A stretch of DNA of 64,000 nt from Erysipelotrichaceae bacterium (GTDB taxonomy: Bacteria > Bacillota_I > Bacilli_A > Acholeplasmatales > Anaeroplasmataceae): positions 2,268 through 66,267 of the forward strand of contig SVAZ01000006.1 of NCBI GenBank assembly GCA_015059145.1. The letters are read 5' to 3'. The notes below the pieces were generated by a model, which saw only the letters and a list, made by a program, of their open reading frames with translations, made no database searches and was not told the DNA's origin. Positions 1 to 10,008 of the stretch are shown here, one piece after another (position 1 is the stretch's first letter; every line of letters begins with the position of its first letter). A program made the position numbers and the translations under genes.

Positions 1-289
1 AATGATAATAAAGGCTTGAGGAGGAATAAATACTAGTAGCTAATAAAATAATTGACGAGGATAAATTAGAATGATGTTCAAACAAATAAATTAATATTTC
101 CTTTAATAGGCCATCCTCTATATAGCTATTTAAAACATCCATAACGTTTAATGGAAAATAAGAAAATAAAGAAACAAATAAAAATAAATACGAACCACCA
201 TTTAATAAAATAAAAAAGCATAACGCTCCTGATAATGTAGGTATCTTTGTACCTACAACTAAATGATAGATTTTTGTAATCCTACTCAT
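1..289 (-). CDS. YihY/BrkB-family membrane protein, partial (runs off window start)
   Basis: Hand translation from ATG 289: MSRITKIYHLVVGTKIPTLSGALCFFILLNGGSYLFLFVSLF...LLATSIYSSSSLYYH, open to position 1. GGTGA RBS; hydrophobic pattern resembles the YihY N-terminus. Confidence 0.55.
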   Translation of the reverse strand, partial: MSRITKIYHLVVGTKIPTLSGALCFFILLNGGSYLFLFVSLFSYFPLNVMDVLNSYIEDGLLKEILIYLFEHHSNLSSSIILLATSIYSSSSLYYH

Positions 290-321
290 TGTATCACCAG
301 TTATATTATGCTTTAAAATAT

Positions 322-1788
322 TTACTTTAATCGATTGTATTTAGCTGTAATCTTTAAAATGTATTCCTTAAGACCATTTGTAAAATCACTATCAAGACAC
401 CTATAGTTCCAATTTCCACCCAATGTAGATGGGGTATTCATTCTACCCTCACTATCAGATAACCCTAAGTAATCCTGTATAGGAATTATACAATATCTAG
501 AGGCTTGCCTCATACAATACTCTATTATTTTCAAATTAGGTCTATCAGTAAATTTTATTTTACAAATAGAATCTACTAATCCCTTATAATCAGCATTTAG
601 CTCATTATAAAAAGACATAATAGTTTGATTATCATGAGTACCTGAATACATAATAGTATTTTCCTTAAAGCCCTTTTTGATAGGTGCATTAGCCCCGTCA
701 CCAAGCTCAAATTGGAAAATATGCATTCCAGGATAACCACATTTATCTAATAGTTCAAAAACATCATCAGTTAGAAAGCCTAAATTCTCAGCCACTATTT
801 GGGCATTAGGAACTGACTTTTTTATAGCCTTAAATAAATCATATCCAGGTCCCTTAGCCCAAACTCCATTTTTAGCATTAACATCCTTAAATGGAATTTT
901 ATAATAGCCAGCAAAACCTCTAAAATGATCTATTCTTAAAATATCAAACATTCTTAGTGAATGCTTAACTCTTCTAACCCACCATGAATAATTATCCTTC
1001 TTCATTAAATCATAATTATAAAGGGGATTACCCCAAAGCTGACCGTCCTCTGTGAATTGATCAGGTGGGCAGCCTGCAACATTAATAGGGTTTAAATAAT
1101 TATCTAATTCAAAGTATTCAGGATTAGCCCAAACATCTGCAGAATCATATGCACAATATATTGGCATATCACCCATTATTTTAATACCCTTACTATTAGC
1201 ATATTTCTTTAGCTTTTGAAATTGCTTAAAGAATAAAAATTGATTAAATTTATGAGCTAATATATATTCACTAAATTCGTTAGTAGCCCATTGAATTGAA
1301 TTCAAATTCTTATATTTAAAATCATCATACCATTCATTCCAAGCCTTATTATTACAATATCCCTTTAATACCATATATAAGGCATAATCATCTAGCCATT
1401 CCTTTTCCTTATCAATAAATTTAATAAACTCCTTCTCATAAGGAGCTCTATTATTAAATGCCTTAAATAGAATATTAAATCGAGAATTAAAAAGTTCATT
1501 ATAATCTACTCTTCTACCAATATATTCATTAGGTAAATCCTCTTTATCTAATAATCCATCCTTAACTAAAGCTTCTAAGTCAATAAAATAAGGATTAAAC
1601 GCAAAGCTAGATAAGCTTGAATATGGAGAATCACCATATGATGTAGGGCCTATAGGAAGTATTTGCCATATTGATTGACCTGTTTCATCCAAGAAATCTA
1701 CAAAATCATAGGCCTCCTTACCTAATGAGCCTATTCCATATTTATTAGGAAGAGATGAAATATGAAGTAAAACTCCTGCTTCTTTCAT
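322..1788 (-). CDS. malQ: 4-alpha-glucanotransferase (amylomaltase, GH77)
   Basis: GVLLHISSLP, WQILPIGPT, GDMPIY, RIDHFRGF, AENLG, YSGTHDN motifs. Confidence 0.97.
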   Translation of the reverse strand: MKEAGVLLHISSLPNKYGIGSLGKEAYDFVDFLDETGQSIWQILPIGPTSYGDSPYSSLSSFAFNPYFIDLEALVKDGLLDKEDLPNEYIGRRVDYNELFNSRFNILFKAFNNRAPYEKEFIKFIDKEKEWLDDYALYMVLKGYCNNKAWNEWYDDFKYKNLNSIQWATNEFSEYILAHKFNQFLFFKQFQKLKKYANSKGIKIMGDMPIYCAYDSADVWANPEYFELDNYLNPINVAGCPPDQFTEDGQLWGNPLYNYDLMKKDNYSWWVRRVKHSLRMFDILRIDHFRGFAGYYKIPFKDVNAKNGVWAKGPGYDLFKAIKKSVPNAQIVAENLGFLTDDVFELLDKCGYPGMHIFQFELGDGANAPIKKGFKENTIMYSGTHDNQTIMSFYNELNADYKGLVDSICKIKFTDRPNLKIIEYCMRQASRYCIIPIQDYLGLSDSEGRMNTPSTLGGNWNYRCLDSDFTNGLKEYILKITAKYNRLK

Positions 1789-2510
1789 TATTTCATCTCC
1801 TCCTTTATTTCATTTAGCATTTTAACATCCTCTTCACTTAAAGGATAATCATCTAATAAATCAGGTCTTCTTAACAATGTCTTTCTTAAGCTTTCCTTTC
1901 TTCTAAATTCATTAATAAGCTTATGATTACCGTTTAATAAAACATCAGGAACCCTCTTGCCATCATATTCAACTGGTCTAGTATATTGGGGATATTCTAA
2001 TAATCCAGTTGAAAAGGAATCATCAGCATGAGATTCCTCTCTAATCGCATCATTAAGTAATCTAATAACACTATCTGAAATAGCCATTGCTGGTATCTCA
2101 CCACCAGTTAATACATAATCACCAATAGAAATCTCATCATCAGCATAATCCCTAATTCTTTCATCAAAGCCCTCATAATGTCCACATATTAAGACAAGCT
2201 CCTCAAGCTTAGAAAGCTCCATAGCAACACTTTGCTTAAATACTCTACCCTGTGGAGTCATTAAAGCAATATGTGATACCTCACTTGTATTATCCATTAT
2301 AGCTCTATGAACAACATCAACAGCCAAAACCATACCAGCTCCGCCACCACATGGTGTATCATCAACATGCCTATGCTTATTTAATGAATAATCTCTAATA
2401 TCAATAATTTCCACACTACATACGCCCTTTTCTATAGCTCTTTTAATAATTGATTCATTTAAAAAGCCATCGAACATATTAGGGAATAAGGTTAAAATTT
2501 TTATTCTCAA
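1788..2510 (-). CDS. trmD: tRNA (guanine37-N1)-methyltransferase
   Basis: LTLFPNMF, VDDTPCGGGAGMV, LICGHYEGFDER, SIGDYVLTGGE, LLEYPQYTRP. Confidence 0.98.
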   Translation of the reverse strand: MRIKILTLFPNMFDGFLNESIIKRAIEKGVCSVEIIDIRDYSLNKHRHVDDTPCGGGAGMVLAVDVVHRAIMDNTSEVSHIALMTPQGRVFKQSVAMELSKLEELVLICGHYEGFDERIRDYADDEISIGDYVLTGGEIPAMAISDSVIRLLNDAIREESHADDSFSTGLLEYPQYTRPVEYDGKRVPDVLLNGNHKLINEFRRKESLRKTLLRRPDLLDDYPLSEEDVKMLNEIKEEMK

Positions 2511-2998
2511 AATAATCCCTCTATTTCCTTAACAACTATTTTATCATTTACATCAATAACAAATTCCTTAATAAACGGAACTAATACTCTTTTACAATTA
2601 AATAAAACAACTAAATACTCAGCCTGAGGCATCTCTCTAATCTCAACTACCTTACCTCTAGCCTCTCCAGCTTGATTAACAACCTCTAACCCAATTAAAT
2701 CACTATAATAATATTCACCCTCAGTTAACTCATCCTTTCTATCTAATTCACTAACATAAATATCATTACTATGATACTTTAATACTAAATTAATATCCTG
2801 CATACCCTCAAAAGCTACTAAATAATAAGCACCAAAAATAGATGCCTTTACTACCTTAACCTCTTCATATTCACCATTATGTAAAATATATAATCTACTA
2901 CCCGTATAAAATCGATCAAAATCAGATAAAGGCTTAACCTTTAAATCACCCTTAATACCATGAGTTGTCATTATATGACCACACTTATAAAACTTCAT
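2507..2998 (-). CDS. rimM: 16S rRNA processing protein RimM
   Basis: THGIKGDLKV, EGEYYYSDLIGLEV, LVPFIKEFV; upstream of trmD. Start moved to ATG 2998 behind the AAGGAG RBS. Confidence 0.95.
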   Translation of the reverse strand: MKFYKCGHIMTTHGIKGDLKVKPLSDFDRFYTGSRLYILHNGEYEEVKVVKASIFGAYYLVAFEGMQDINLVLKYHSNDIYVSELDRKDELTEGEYYYSDLIGLEVVNQAGEARGKVVEIREMPQAEYLVVLFNCKRVLVPFIKEFVIDVNDKIVVKEIEGLF

Positions 2999-3100
2999 AT
3001 ATGTCACTCCTTTAATACAAAACACTATAAAATAATTATATTATAACTATTCTTAAAATACAAACTAATAAAATAAAGCGAATCAAATTGATTCGCTTAA

Positions 3101-3128
3101 CAGACTGCTGACTTTTGTCAACAGTCTG
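3101..3128. mobile_element. 28-bp palindrome resembling juxtaposed IS1182-type terminal inverted repeats (IS scar / minimal MITE)
   Basis: CAGACTGCTGAC-TTTT-GTCAACAGTCTG, 11/12 arm match, between two other hairpins. IS1182 TIR resemblance is from memory, not a search. Confidence 0.5.
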
Positions 3129-3153
3129 AAAAACGCACCTTGAGGTGCGTTTT
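3129..3153 (-). terminator. Intrinsic terminator of addA
   Basis: AAAACGCACC-TTGA-GGTGCGTTTT immediately after the addA stop. Confidence 0.8.
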
Positions 3154-3156
3154 ACT

Positions 3157-6100
3157 TTAATCAAGCTTTGTTATTTCAGCCTTTAATATTGATAGTAAAT
3201 AGATATTAATATCCTTATCCCATTTACTCTTTACATATTCTTTATAAATGCCTAATTGTCTTATATATTCAGGGCTATCTACATTAGACAGCTTATAATC
3301 GATTATATCAACATGATCATCATAAACCACTAATAGGTCGATGATGCCGTGATATTCATCATTATCCTTATTAAAATAAAACTCATGCTCATGATATGTT
3401 TTAGCATTACTTATGCTTTTAAATATATCATGAGATAAAACCTTATTGATTGTATCCTTGATAAAGGAATCGACTGGAAGTGCATCAATGTTAGGATTAG
3501 AAAAATCTAACGCTTCAAGTGCACTATGAAATCTTAGTCCTAAGGCGATACTTTCCTTAACCTCCTTAGTTGGAAGCTTTAAAAGCTCCTTAGAGATTCT
3601 AACATTCTCAAGCTTTGGTGGTAGCTTAGGTATATCATAGGAAATATCTTCAGCTCCTACAAGGTCACTCTTAGCATGCTTCTTTCTCTTATAATCCTCT
3701 GTTATACCAGAAGGAAATACTTCTACAGTATATTCATTATAAGCATTTGTATAGGCAAGCATTTCTTGAAATGATTTAAATTTTTTAGGATTTAAATTAT
3801 TATATTCCTTATCCTTTAAAATTAGAATAAGCTTCTCTCTTGCTCTAGTCAAGGCAACATACAATAATCTAACCTTTTCAGATATATCCTGTGATGAGGT
3901 CATATTGCCTACCAGTGTCTTTACAATTGTATTTGATTTACCCTCATCAGCAAATGGGATATATATACCATATTTCATATTAAAGCCACATGTAGCTCTA
4001 ATATCCTCCTGATTAAAGCTAGAGGATAATAATGGGAAAATACAATAAGGGAATTCTAACCCCTTTGACTTGTGAATAGTCATAATTCTAACACTATCAG
4101 AATTTTGAGATGCAAGCTTATATGGAAGCTTTATATCTCCCTCAAACACCTCAGATAAATACGTAGCAACAGCCTTTATATCCATTGAGGCTTGTAAAAA
4201 TGCATCAAACATTTTTGATATATATTCTAATACTGCAATAGAATTATCAACATCACCAATAAGAGAAAGCTTTTCATAAATCGCTAATTTCTCACATATT
4301 TTTGTAAACAGCTGTGGATATGATAACTCATTCATACCCGCAAGGCTATTAATATCTTCTAATATAGGATACTCTTTATTTAATTTAATAAGCTGATAAA
4401 TATCATTATCCGTATATTCATATAAAAAGCTTCTTGCTAAAGCCGCAAGTGAATGCTTATATTGAATATCATATTCCTTATTTTTCACCTTGTAAATAAG
4501 TGTAACTATATTAGAAAAAAGCTTAGGAAGGATAGAATCCTTTAAATCTAAATCAGCTTCTATAGATAAAGGAATTCCTAAGTATTCAAATATCTTTTTA
4601 AAGGTAGGAAAGCTTTTAGCCTTATCTATTAGTATTGCAAAATCACTATAGCTTACATCCTTATAGCCATTTCTTTTTAGCACCTTATTCTTAGAAGCAA
4701 TAATCTCCTTAATCTTATTAGCAGTAATAAATGCTTCTATTTCCTCAGTTGTAAATTTATCATCCTCAAAGCTATATGTTAGTGCTTCTAGATTAAAATC
4801 ATATTCCTGCTTAAGGTCATCATATGCTTTTAAGCCATAATTCATTTGATGCTCATATGAGTAATTTGCATCACCACATGAATCAGTCATTAATCTATTA
4901 AATAGTAAATTTATATTATCTAAAACCTCATGACGTGATCTAAAATTAAATGATAAATCTATTTTATAGCCTCCATCATTTTTAGAATAGCTATCATACT
5001 TGCTTTTAAAAATATACGGGTTAGCATTTCTAAATCTGTAGATGCTTTGCTTAATATCACCGACCATATATAAATTATCATTTGCTATTTCACTAATAAA
5101 TGCCTCTTGAATATCAGAGGTATCCTGATATTCATCAACTAATATTTCATTATAAAAATATTTCAGATCATTTCTTACATCATCAAATTCTCTAACAAGC
5201 TTTATGGCCATTTTAGCAATATCAGTATAATCAAAAAGCATTACACTCTTCTTATATTCAAATAATCTTCTTGAAACCTCATCACATATATCAAGTAGGA
5301 ACAATACGTCATTCTTAATTGATAAAAGCTCTGTTTTCATATCAGCCTTAAAAATATATTTACCAAATACATTGGTCTTTAAATTTTTAAGAATAGCACC
5401 ACAGGCATCCTTAAGCTCCTTAACTGCTTGTGAAGCCTTTGTGCTTACTCTAGGTAGTGATAATCCTGATAAATATCTATAGAAATCATCATAATCATTG
5501 AATCCTTCTAGATCTGAAATAACTACCTCAAGCTTATCAACCAGTGATTGATTAACAATCAAATCCTTATTACATTCCTTAACTAAGTCTGTCAAGGCAA
5601 TGATTAATTCAGCTACAGATTCCTTTGCATAAATTTCATACTCATCAATCATTCTATCAAGCTTATCCTCGTTATAATATACAGACTCATAGCCTTTTTT
5701 AAATGATTCATAGTTTACTATAAGCTCAAGCTTACCAATAAGCTTTTCTACAACATCGACTACATCCTTATCTCCCTGACGAGAATACTTTTTTAAATAC
5801 TGTAAAAACCTAGCATTCTCAGAATCATAATATTCCTTAAACAAGCCTTCTATTATGCTTCTACGCTTAATCCTAATAAGTGGAGAATCCATAATTGAAA
5901 TACTTTTAGAAATGCCTAGCTTATAATAATACTTCTTTACAAGCGCAAGGCTATAAGCATCAAATGTAGTAATATAAGCAGAATCTATGTAGGTAGCCTG
6001 CTCAAAAAGATTATTCTCTAATAGCTTCGCTCTTATTCTTTCCTTCATCTCCCTTGCTGCAGCGTTAGTAAATGTTAGTACTAAAACCTTGCGAATATCA

Positions 6101-6231
6101 TTACCCTTAAGACAGTAATCTAAAATACGCTCAGACAGCACTGCAGTTTTACCACTACCAGCACCAGCTGATACTATAATGCTAGAGCCCCTTTTATAAA
6201 TAGCCTCCTCCTGTTCTTTAGTCCAAGCCAT
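3157..6231 (-). CDS. addA: ATP-dependent helicase/nuclease subunit A
   Basis: VSAGAGSGKT, LTFTNAAAREMKER, LVDEYQDT, VGDIKQSIYRFR, MTIHKSKGLEF, LLYVALTRA, C-terminal GIIDLL...IIDYK. Start likely ATG 6231. Confidence 0.95.
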   Translation of the reverse strand: MAWTKEQEEAIYKRGSSIIVSAGAGSGKTAVLSERILDYCLKGNDIRKVLVLTFTNAAAREMKERIRAKLLENNLFEQATYIDSAYITTFDAYSLALVKKYYYKLGISKSISIMDSPLIRIKRRSIIEGLFKEYYDSENARFLQYLKKYSRQGDKDVVDVVEKLIGKLELIVNYESFKKGYESVYYNEDKLDRMIDEYEIYAKESVAELIIALTDLVKECNKDLIVNQSLVDKLEVVISDLEGFNDYDDFYRYLSGLSLPRVSTKASQAVKELKDACGAILKNLKTNVFGKYIFKADMKTELLSIKNDVLFLLDICDEVSRRLFEYKKSVMLFDYTDIAKMAIKLVREFDDVRNDLKYFYNEILVDEYQDTSDIQEAFISEIANDNLYMVGDIKQSIYRFRNANPYIFKSKYDSYSKNDGGYKIDLSFNFRSRHEVLDNINLLFNRLMTDSCGDANYSYEHQMNYGLKAYDDLKQEYDFNLEALTYSFEDDKFTTEEIEAFITANKIKEIIASKNKVLKRNGYKDVSYSDFAILIDKAKSFPTFKKIFEYLGIPLSIEADLDLKDSILPKLFSNIVTLIYKVKNKEYDIQYKHSLAALARSFLYEYTDNDIYQLIKLNKEYPILEDINSLAGMNELSYPQLFTKICEKLAIYEKLSLIGDVDNSIAVLEYISKMFDAFLQASMDIKAVATYLSEVFEGDIKLPYKLASQNSDSVRIMTIHKSKGLEFPYCIFPLLSSSFNQEDIRATCGFNMKYGIYIPFADEGKSNTIVKTLVGNMTSSQDISEKVRLLYVALTRAREKLILILKDKEYNNLNPKKFKSFQEMLAYTNAYNEYTVEVFPSGITEDYKRKKHAKSDLVGAEDISYDIPKLPPKLENVRISKELLKLPTKEVKESIALGLRFHSALEALDFSNPNIDALPVDSFIKDTINKVLSHDIFKSISNAKTYHEHEFYFNKDNDEYHGIIDLLVVYDDHVDIIDYKLSNVDSPEYIRQLGIYKEYVKSKWDKDINIYLLSILKAEITKLD

Positions 6232-8560
6232 TTTCATCACCATCACTTTCCTCTAGAAATGATTTTTTCTCTAGATACTTTAAATTGTCTGTAGTTTTAT
6301 AGCATAAGTCATAATAGCTACAAAAGCTACAAGCCGAATTCTTACCCTCAATATTCTTAGATAAAATATCAAATGAGCCATTCCTAATTTCCTTGCTAGC
6401 ATTATTAATCATTTCATCTACTAACGAAATAAGCTCATCCATTTTTTCATTGCTGATAATGTTTGCATTTTTGCTAAAGTCTCCACTTTTTAACGTAGAA
6501 AGCTTTGCAATATATGTACTCTTGTTATATTCCGGATCAAACATAGGGATAAGCTCATGACTTCTAATAGTAAAGCCTTGAAGCTTAAAAGCCTTTTCTC
6601 TTTGAGCAACAATATCCATTGAATTATCTAAAGCAATAATATTAACCTTTTGTAAATATATACCAATAATATTAATTTTCTTACCCTTAAATTTTTCATA
6701 CTTGCTCAATAAAAGCATGTAGCATGGTAGCTGTAAATTAAAGCCATCAGCAACATTATCTAATGAAACAACATCCTTGCCAGTTTTATAATCAACAATT
6801 ACTGCATAAATCTCATCATTAATAATCGTATACATAAGCTTATCAATATAGCCCTCAAAGGTAAATTCGTTAGCTTCATATTCTATATGAACCTCACGTT
6901 CAATATTATTAAGCATAGACTTCTCTTCATGCTCACGATTATATACAATTAAATCTCTTAAGACCTCCTCCATAACAGTAAAGTAGAATCGATCCTTAGA
7001 ATCAGTAGCATTTGATAGCTTACTTTTCTTAGTAGATTCATTAAAATCAAAATCATCATTATAGCTATCCTCTAATACTGCATGAGAAAATGTTCCAAGC
7101 CTTGCTGCCATATTAGGCTTAAATTCATTTAGGCCTAATATTCTATCTGCATAATAAGCAAATGGACATCCAAAAAAAGTCTTAATGCTTGAATACGAAA
7201 TTCTTAATGGCTTTTCACTAAATCTCTCATCAAGTAGCCTTTGATCAATTCTCTTATATGAATTATCAAAGCTATTAAACTTAAGATGACTAGCATCATA
7301 CTTATTTAAAGCATCTGACTCTTGATTATATTTTACCAGCCTTGTGTATTCAACACCCAACCTAATATCATCCTCAAGCTTAGAATAGCCATAGGCTGCA
7401 TTAGCGGCTTTAACCTCAAGCTTTAGCTCTATAATACAATTAGAAGGCAAGCACTCCTCTGATGCTATTGATTTTTTATATGAGACAAATATATTCTTAG
7501 TTCCTAATAATGTATTCATCAAATTGTCCTTAGATTTAATATTTCTATCAACAGATGTAGGTAATGAAATTAATGATAATTCCTCATCATTTAAATATTC
7601 ATCGTCCTTATAAACCTTAGGAAGTGCACCCAAATTAAGACCGACAATAAACAAATATTCATCATCACTATAATGCTTCTTAGCTATAGTAGATACCATT
7701 TCAGTATATTTTTCTTGCTTGAATCCAGCCTTCTTAAATTGCTCATAAAAGAAAGACTTATAGTCCTTTGGTTTCTTCTCCTCTAGATTATAATCAATAA
7801 TTAAATTCATAATATATTTATAATAATCACTATTGATATTTAGCTTTTCTAAAATATCCTTAAAGCTTTTCTCTATATCACAAAGCATTAAAAATTCATT
7901 AGCTATAGCTAGTGAATTAATATTAGCATCTGCCGGAAGATTAATTGGAATATTGTAGCCTTTTGCTAATCTTCTAAAAATAAAGGCATAATCCTTATCT
8001 ACATTATTTATATAAATCTTATTTAATGAAACACCCTTTTTATAAAGCTCTGCAATTTCATTATATACATATAAGCATTCCTCATATATATCATTAAATT
8101 CATAAACACATGGATTGTATTTATTCGCCTCATTATTAATTTCTATAACCTCTGTATAAGCTGACACTATATCCTTAATTCTTCTAACCTGGACTGTATC
8201 ATCAATATCTATAAAGCTCATTGGATATTGATTCAATCTGTAAATAAAAAAATCATCTTTATCAAAAAGCCCAGCATCACATAAAAGCCTCTTAGCAGAA
8301 GCTAGGCTATCTAATCTAAGACTTTTATATCCTCTATCCTCGATATATGGGATATATCTCAAATATTCCTCTGCCTCCTCATAGCTTAAGCTATATTTAT
8401 CAACAAGCAAAAATATAGCCTCAGGCTTATGTCTTCCTAATAGCTTAGCCTCAAGCTCATTTACGCTTAAAAATATATAATTTTTGAAGTCCTTATTTTC
8501 TCTTATTATTTGCTCCTTCATATAAGAATCACAAATAATAAATCCCTCTTTTAGTTTCAT
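6218..8560 (-). CDS. addB: AddB/RexB-type PD-(D/E)xK nuclease with Fe-S cysteines
   Basis: ISYSSIKTFFGCPFAYY, GYIDKL...VDYKTG, LQLPCY, CSFCSYYDLC; overlaps the addA start. Confidence 0.88.
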   Translation of the reverse strand: MKLKEGFIICDSYMKEQIIRENKDFKNYIFLSVNELEAKLLGRHKPEAIFLLVDKYSLSYEEAEEYLRYIPYIEDRGYKSLRLDSLASAKRLLCDAGLFDKDDFFIYRLNQYPMSFIDIDDTVQVRRIKDIVSAYTEVIEINNEANKYNPCVYEFNDIYEECLYVYNEIAELYKKGVSLNKIYINNVDKDYAFIFRRLAKGYNIPINLPADANINSLAIANEFLMLCDIEKSFKDILEKLNINSDYYKYIMNLIIDYNLEEKKPKDYKSFFYEQFKKAGFKQEKYTEMVSTIAKKHYSDDEYLFIVGLNLGALPKVYKDDEYLNDEELSLISLPTSVDRNIKSKDNLMNTLLGTKNIFVSYKKSIASEECLPSNCIIELKLEVKAANAAYGYSKLEDDIRLGVEYTRLVKYNQESDALNKYDASHLKFNSFDNSYKRIDQRLLDERFSEKPLRISYSSIKTFFGCPFAYYADRILGLNEFKPNMAARLGTFSHAVLEDSYNDDFDFNESTKKSKLSNATDSKDRFYFTVMEEVLRDLIVYNREHEEKSMLNNIEREVHIEYEANEFTFEGYIDKLMYTIINDEIYAVIVDYKTGKDVVSLDNVADGFNLQLPCYMLLLSKYEKFKGKKINIIGIYLQKVNIIALDNSMDIVAQREKAFKLQGFTIRSHELIPMFDPEYNKSTYIAKLSTLKSGDFSKNANIISNEKMDELISLVDEMINNASKEIRNGSFDILSKNIEGKNSACSFCSYYDLCYKTTDNLKYLEKKSFLEESDGDENGLD

Positions 8561-8632
8561 AATTATCAGCTCCTAATCTAATTATATACTAATAAAACAA
8601 ATAAATCTCGTAATAATTTTGTGCCATTTTTT

Positions 8633-8660
8633 TTACTTAAACATATATATGTTTAAGTAA
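8633..8660. repeat. Perfect 28-bp palindrome upstream of addB
   Basis: TTACTTAAACATAT|ATATGTTTAAGTAA read directly from sequence. Confidence 0.9.
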
Positions 8661-8753
8661 CTTTTTTTTAATTTTTCTACCTTTGTTTTTATAATAAAGA
8701 TATATTAGCCATAATCAATGTCTAAAAGAAAAAAAAGAGTCTTTCGACTCTTC

Positions 8754-8999
8754 TTACTTGCCATCTATGTCTAGATGTATCTTCTTTCCTTCTTTAGAAG
8801 CACCAGCGTATAAAACAGTACGAATTGCCTTAGCAATTGTTCCGTTCTTTCCAATTACACGCCCTAAGTCACTAGGATTAACCTTTACCTGATACTCAAG
8901 ATTTGCTTCAGTTTCATTTAAAAGTGTGATTTCTACATCCTCTGGATAAGCTACTAAAGGAAGAATTAAACTAGCTATTAACTCTTCGAATTTAATCAT
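8754..8999 (-). CDS. khpA: KH-domain RNA-binding protein KhpA (YlqC)
   Basis: DLGRVIGKNGTIAKAIRT KH motif; directly downstream of rpsP. Confidence 0.93.
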   Translation of the reverse strand: MIKFEELIASLILPLVAYPEDVEITLLNETEANLEYQVKVNPSDLGRVIGKNGTIAKAIRTVLYAGASKEGKKIHLDIDGK

Positions 9000-9011
9000 A
9001 ATAGCCTCCTA

Positions 9012-9257
9012 TTACTTAGTAATTACTTTGTTTGCTACTAAAATATTTTTTACAGTGATTGTAGGTTGTGCACCCTTAGCTAACCAAGCTTGTACCTTTT
9101 CTGCATCTAAAGTAACAGTTACAGGATCTGTTAATGGGTTATATGTACCAACGATTTCTAAGAACTTACCATCGCGAGGTGATCTTGAATCAGCAGCAAC
9201 AATACGATACTTTGGAGCCTTATGAGCACCGAATCTTTGTAATCTTAATTTTACCAT
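9012..9257 (-). CDS. rpsP: 30S ribosomal protein S16
   Basis: [10 protein letters not shown]...[25 protein letters not shown]; start ATG 9257 behind AAGGAG. Confidence 0.99.
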   Translation of the reverse strand: MVKLRLQRFGAHKAPKYRIVAADSRSPRDGKFLEIVGTYNPLTDPVTVTLDAEKVQAWLAKGAQPTITVKNILVANKVITK

Positions 9258-9291
9258 AATATTAATCTCCTTTTTACAATAATACATACCT

Positions 9292-9319
9292 ATTATATCA
9301 CAATAAAATATGCTGTCAA
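9292..9319 (-). promoter_or_regulatory. sigmaA promoter of rpsP
   Basis: TTGACA-N16-TATAAT with extended TG on the minus strand. Confidence 0.75.
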
Positions 9320-9389
9320 GTATTTTTTCTTGACAGTTTATTTTTTTATTTTGAGTCCGTTTTAATCAAACAGAATCTTTCCATCCGTT

Positions 9390-9737
9390 TTATATTTTCA
9401 TAATTTCATCCTTATTAAATTTATTAGAAATAGAATCCTTTAAATCATTTAAATCATTAGTTAAAAGCTCATCAAGCTGTCTTTCTAATTTAAAGTATTC
9501 TTTTACCTCTTCTTTTGAATATAGCTCAGATTTAGCCTCACTAAATTCCTTTTGAATAGAGATTACATCATATTGACTAGGATATTGTCTAGCCTCTATA
9601 TAACGTGCCTCCCTGTTCTTAAGCCTAACAATAAGGCTAGAATACTTAGAGTCTATAATTTTCTTTAATTCGATTAATCTTTTAAATTCATTAGTGGAAC
9701 TTAAGTTGTTTACATATTCAATCGCTAGATCCTCCAT
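9390..9737 (-). CDS. YlbF/RicF-like regulator
   Basis: Helical 115 aa with LYSKEEVKEYFKLERQLDELL pattern; ylbD-ylbE-ylbF order as in Bacillus. Confidence 0.7.
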   Translation of the reverse strand: MEDLAIEYVNNLSSTNEFKRLIELKKIIDSKYSSLIVRLKNREARYIEARQYPSQYDVISIQKEFSEAKSELYSKEEVKEYFKLERQLDELLTNDLNDLKDSISNKFNKDEIMKI

Positions 9738-9792
9738 ATGACCCTCCTAAATATTCTATATAAATTATACTTTTAAATAAAAAAATTTTCAA

Positions 9793-10008
9793 TTATTTAA
9801 TAAGACTTGCTAAAGAATAAATCATATTAAATTTGTTTTTAAATCCTTCAAGCTTATCATAACCTCTTATTTTAAGGCTAGCCTTAGCCTCAGCTAAAAA
9901 AGCATTAAAATAAGAGGGCTCATAATATAATATCTTGTACCATCTTGGATGATACCTTAAATACATTAACAAATCCAAATGCTCATAAAGATAGCCCATA
10001 TAATTCAT
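9793..10008 (-). CDS. ylbE: YlbE-like sporulation protein
   Basis: LLMYLRYHPRWYKILYYEP matches the YlbE F/YxRxxPxWY pattern; start overlaps the ylbD stop. Confidence 0.75.
   Translation of the reverse strand: MNYMGYLYEHLDLLMYLRYHPRWYKILYYEPSYFNAFLAEAKASLKIRGYDKLEGFKNKFNMIYSLASLIK

Noticed and set aside
8633-8660. dif site interpretation of the 28-bp palindrome
   Set aside because: Only the TATATA core matches B. subtilis dif; the arms do not, and there is no gene-strand switch to indicate a terminus.
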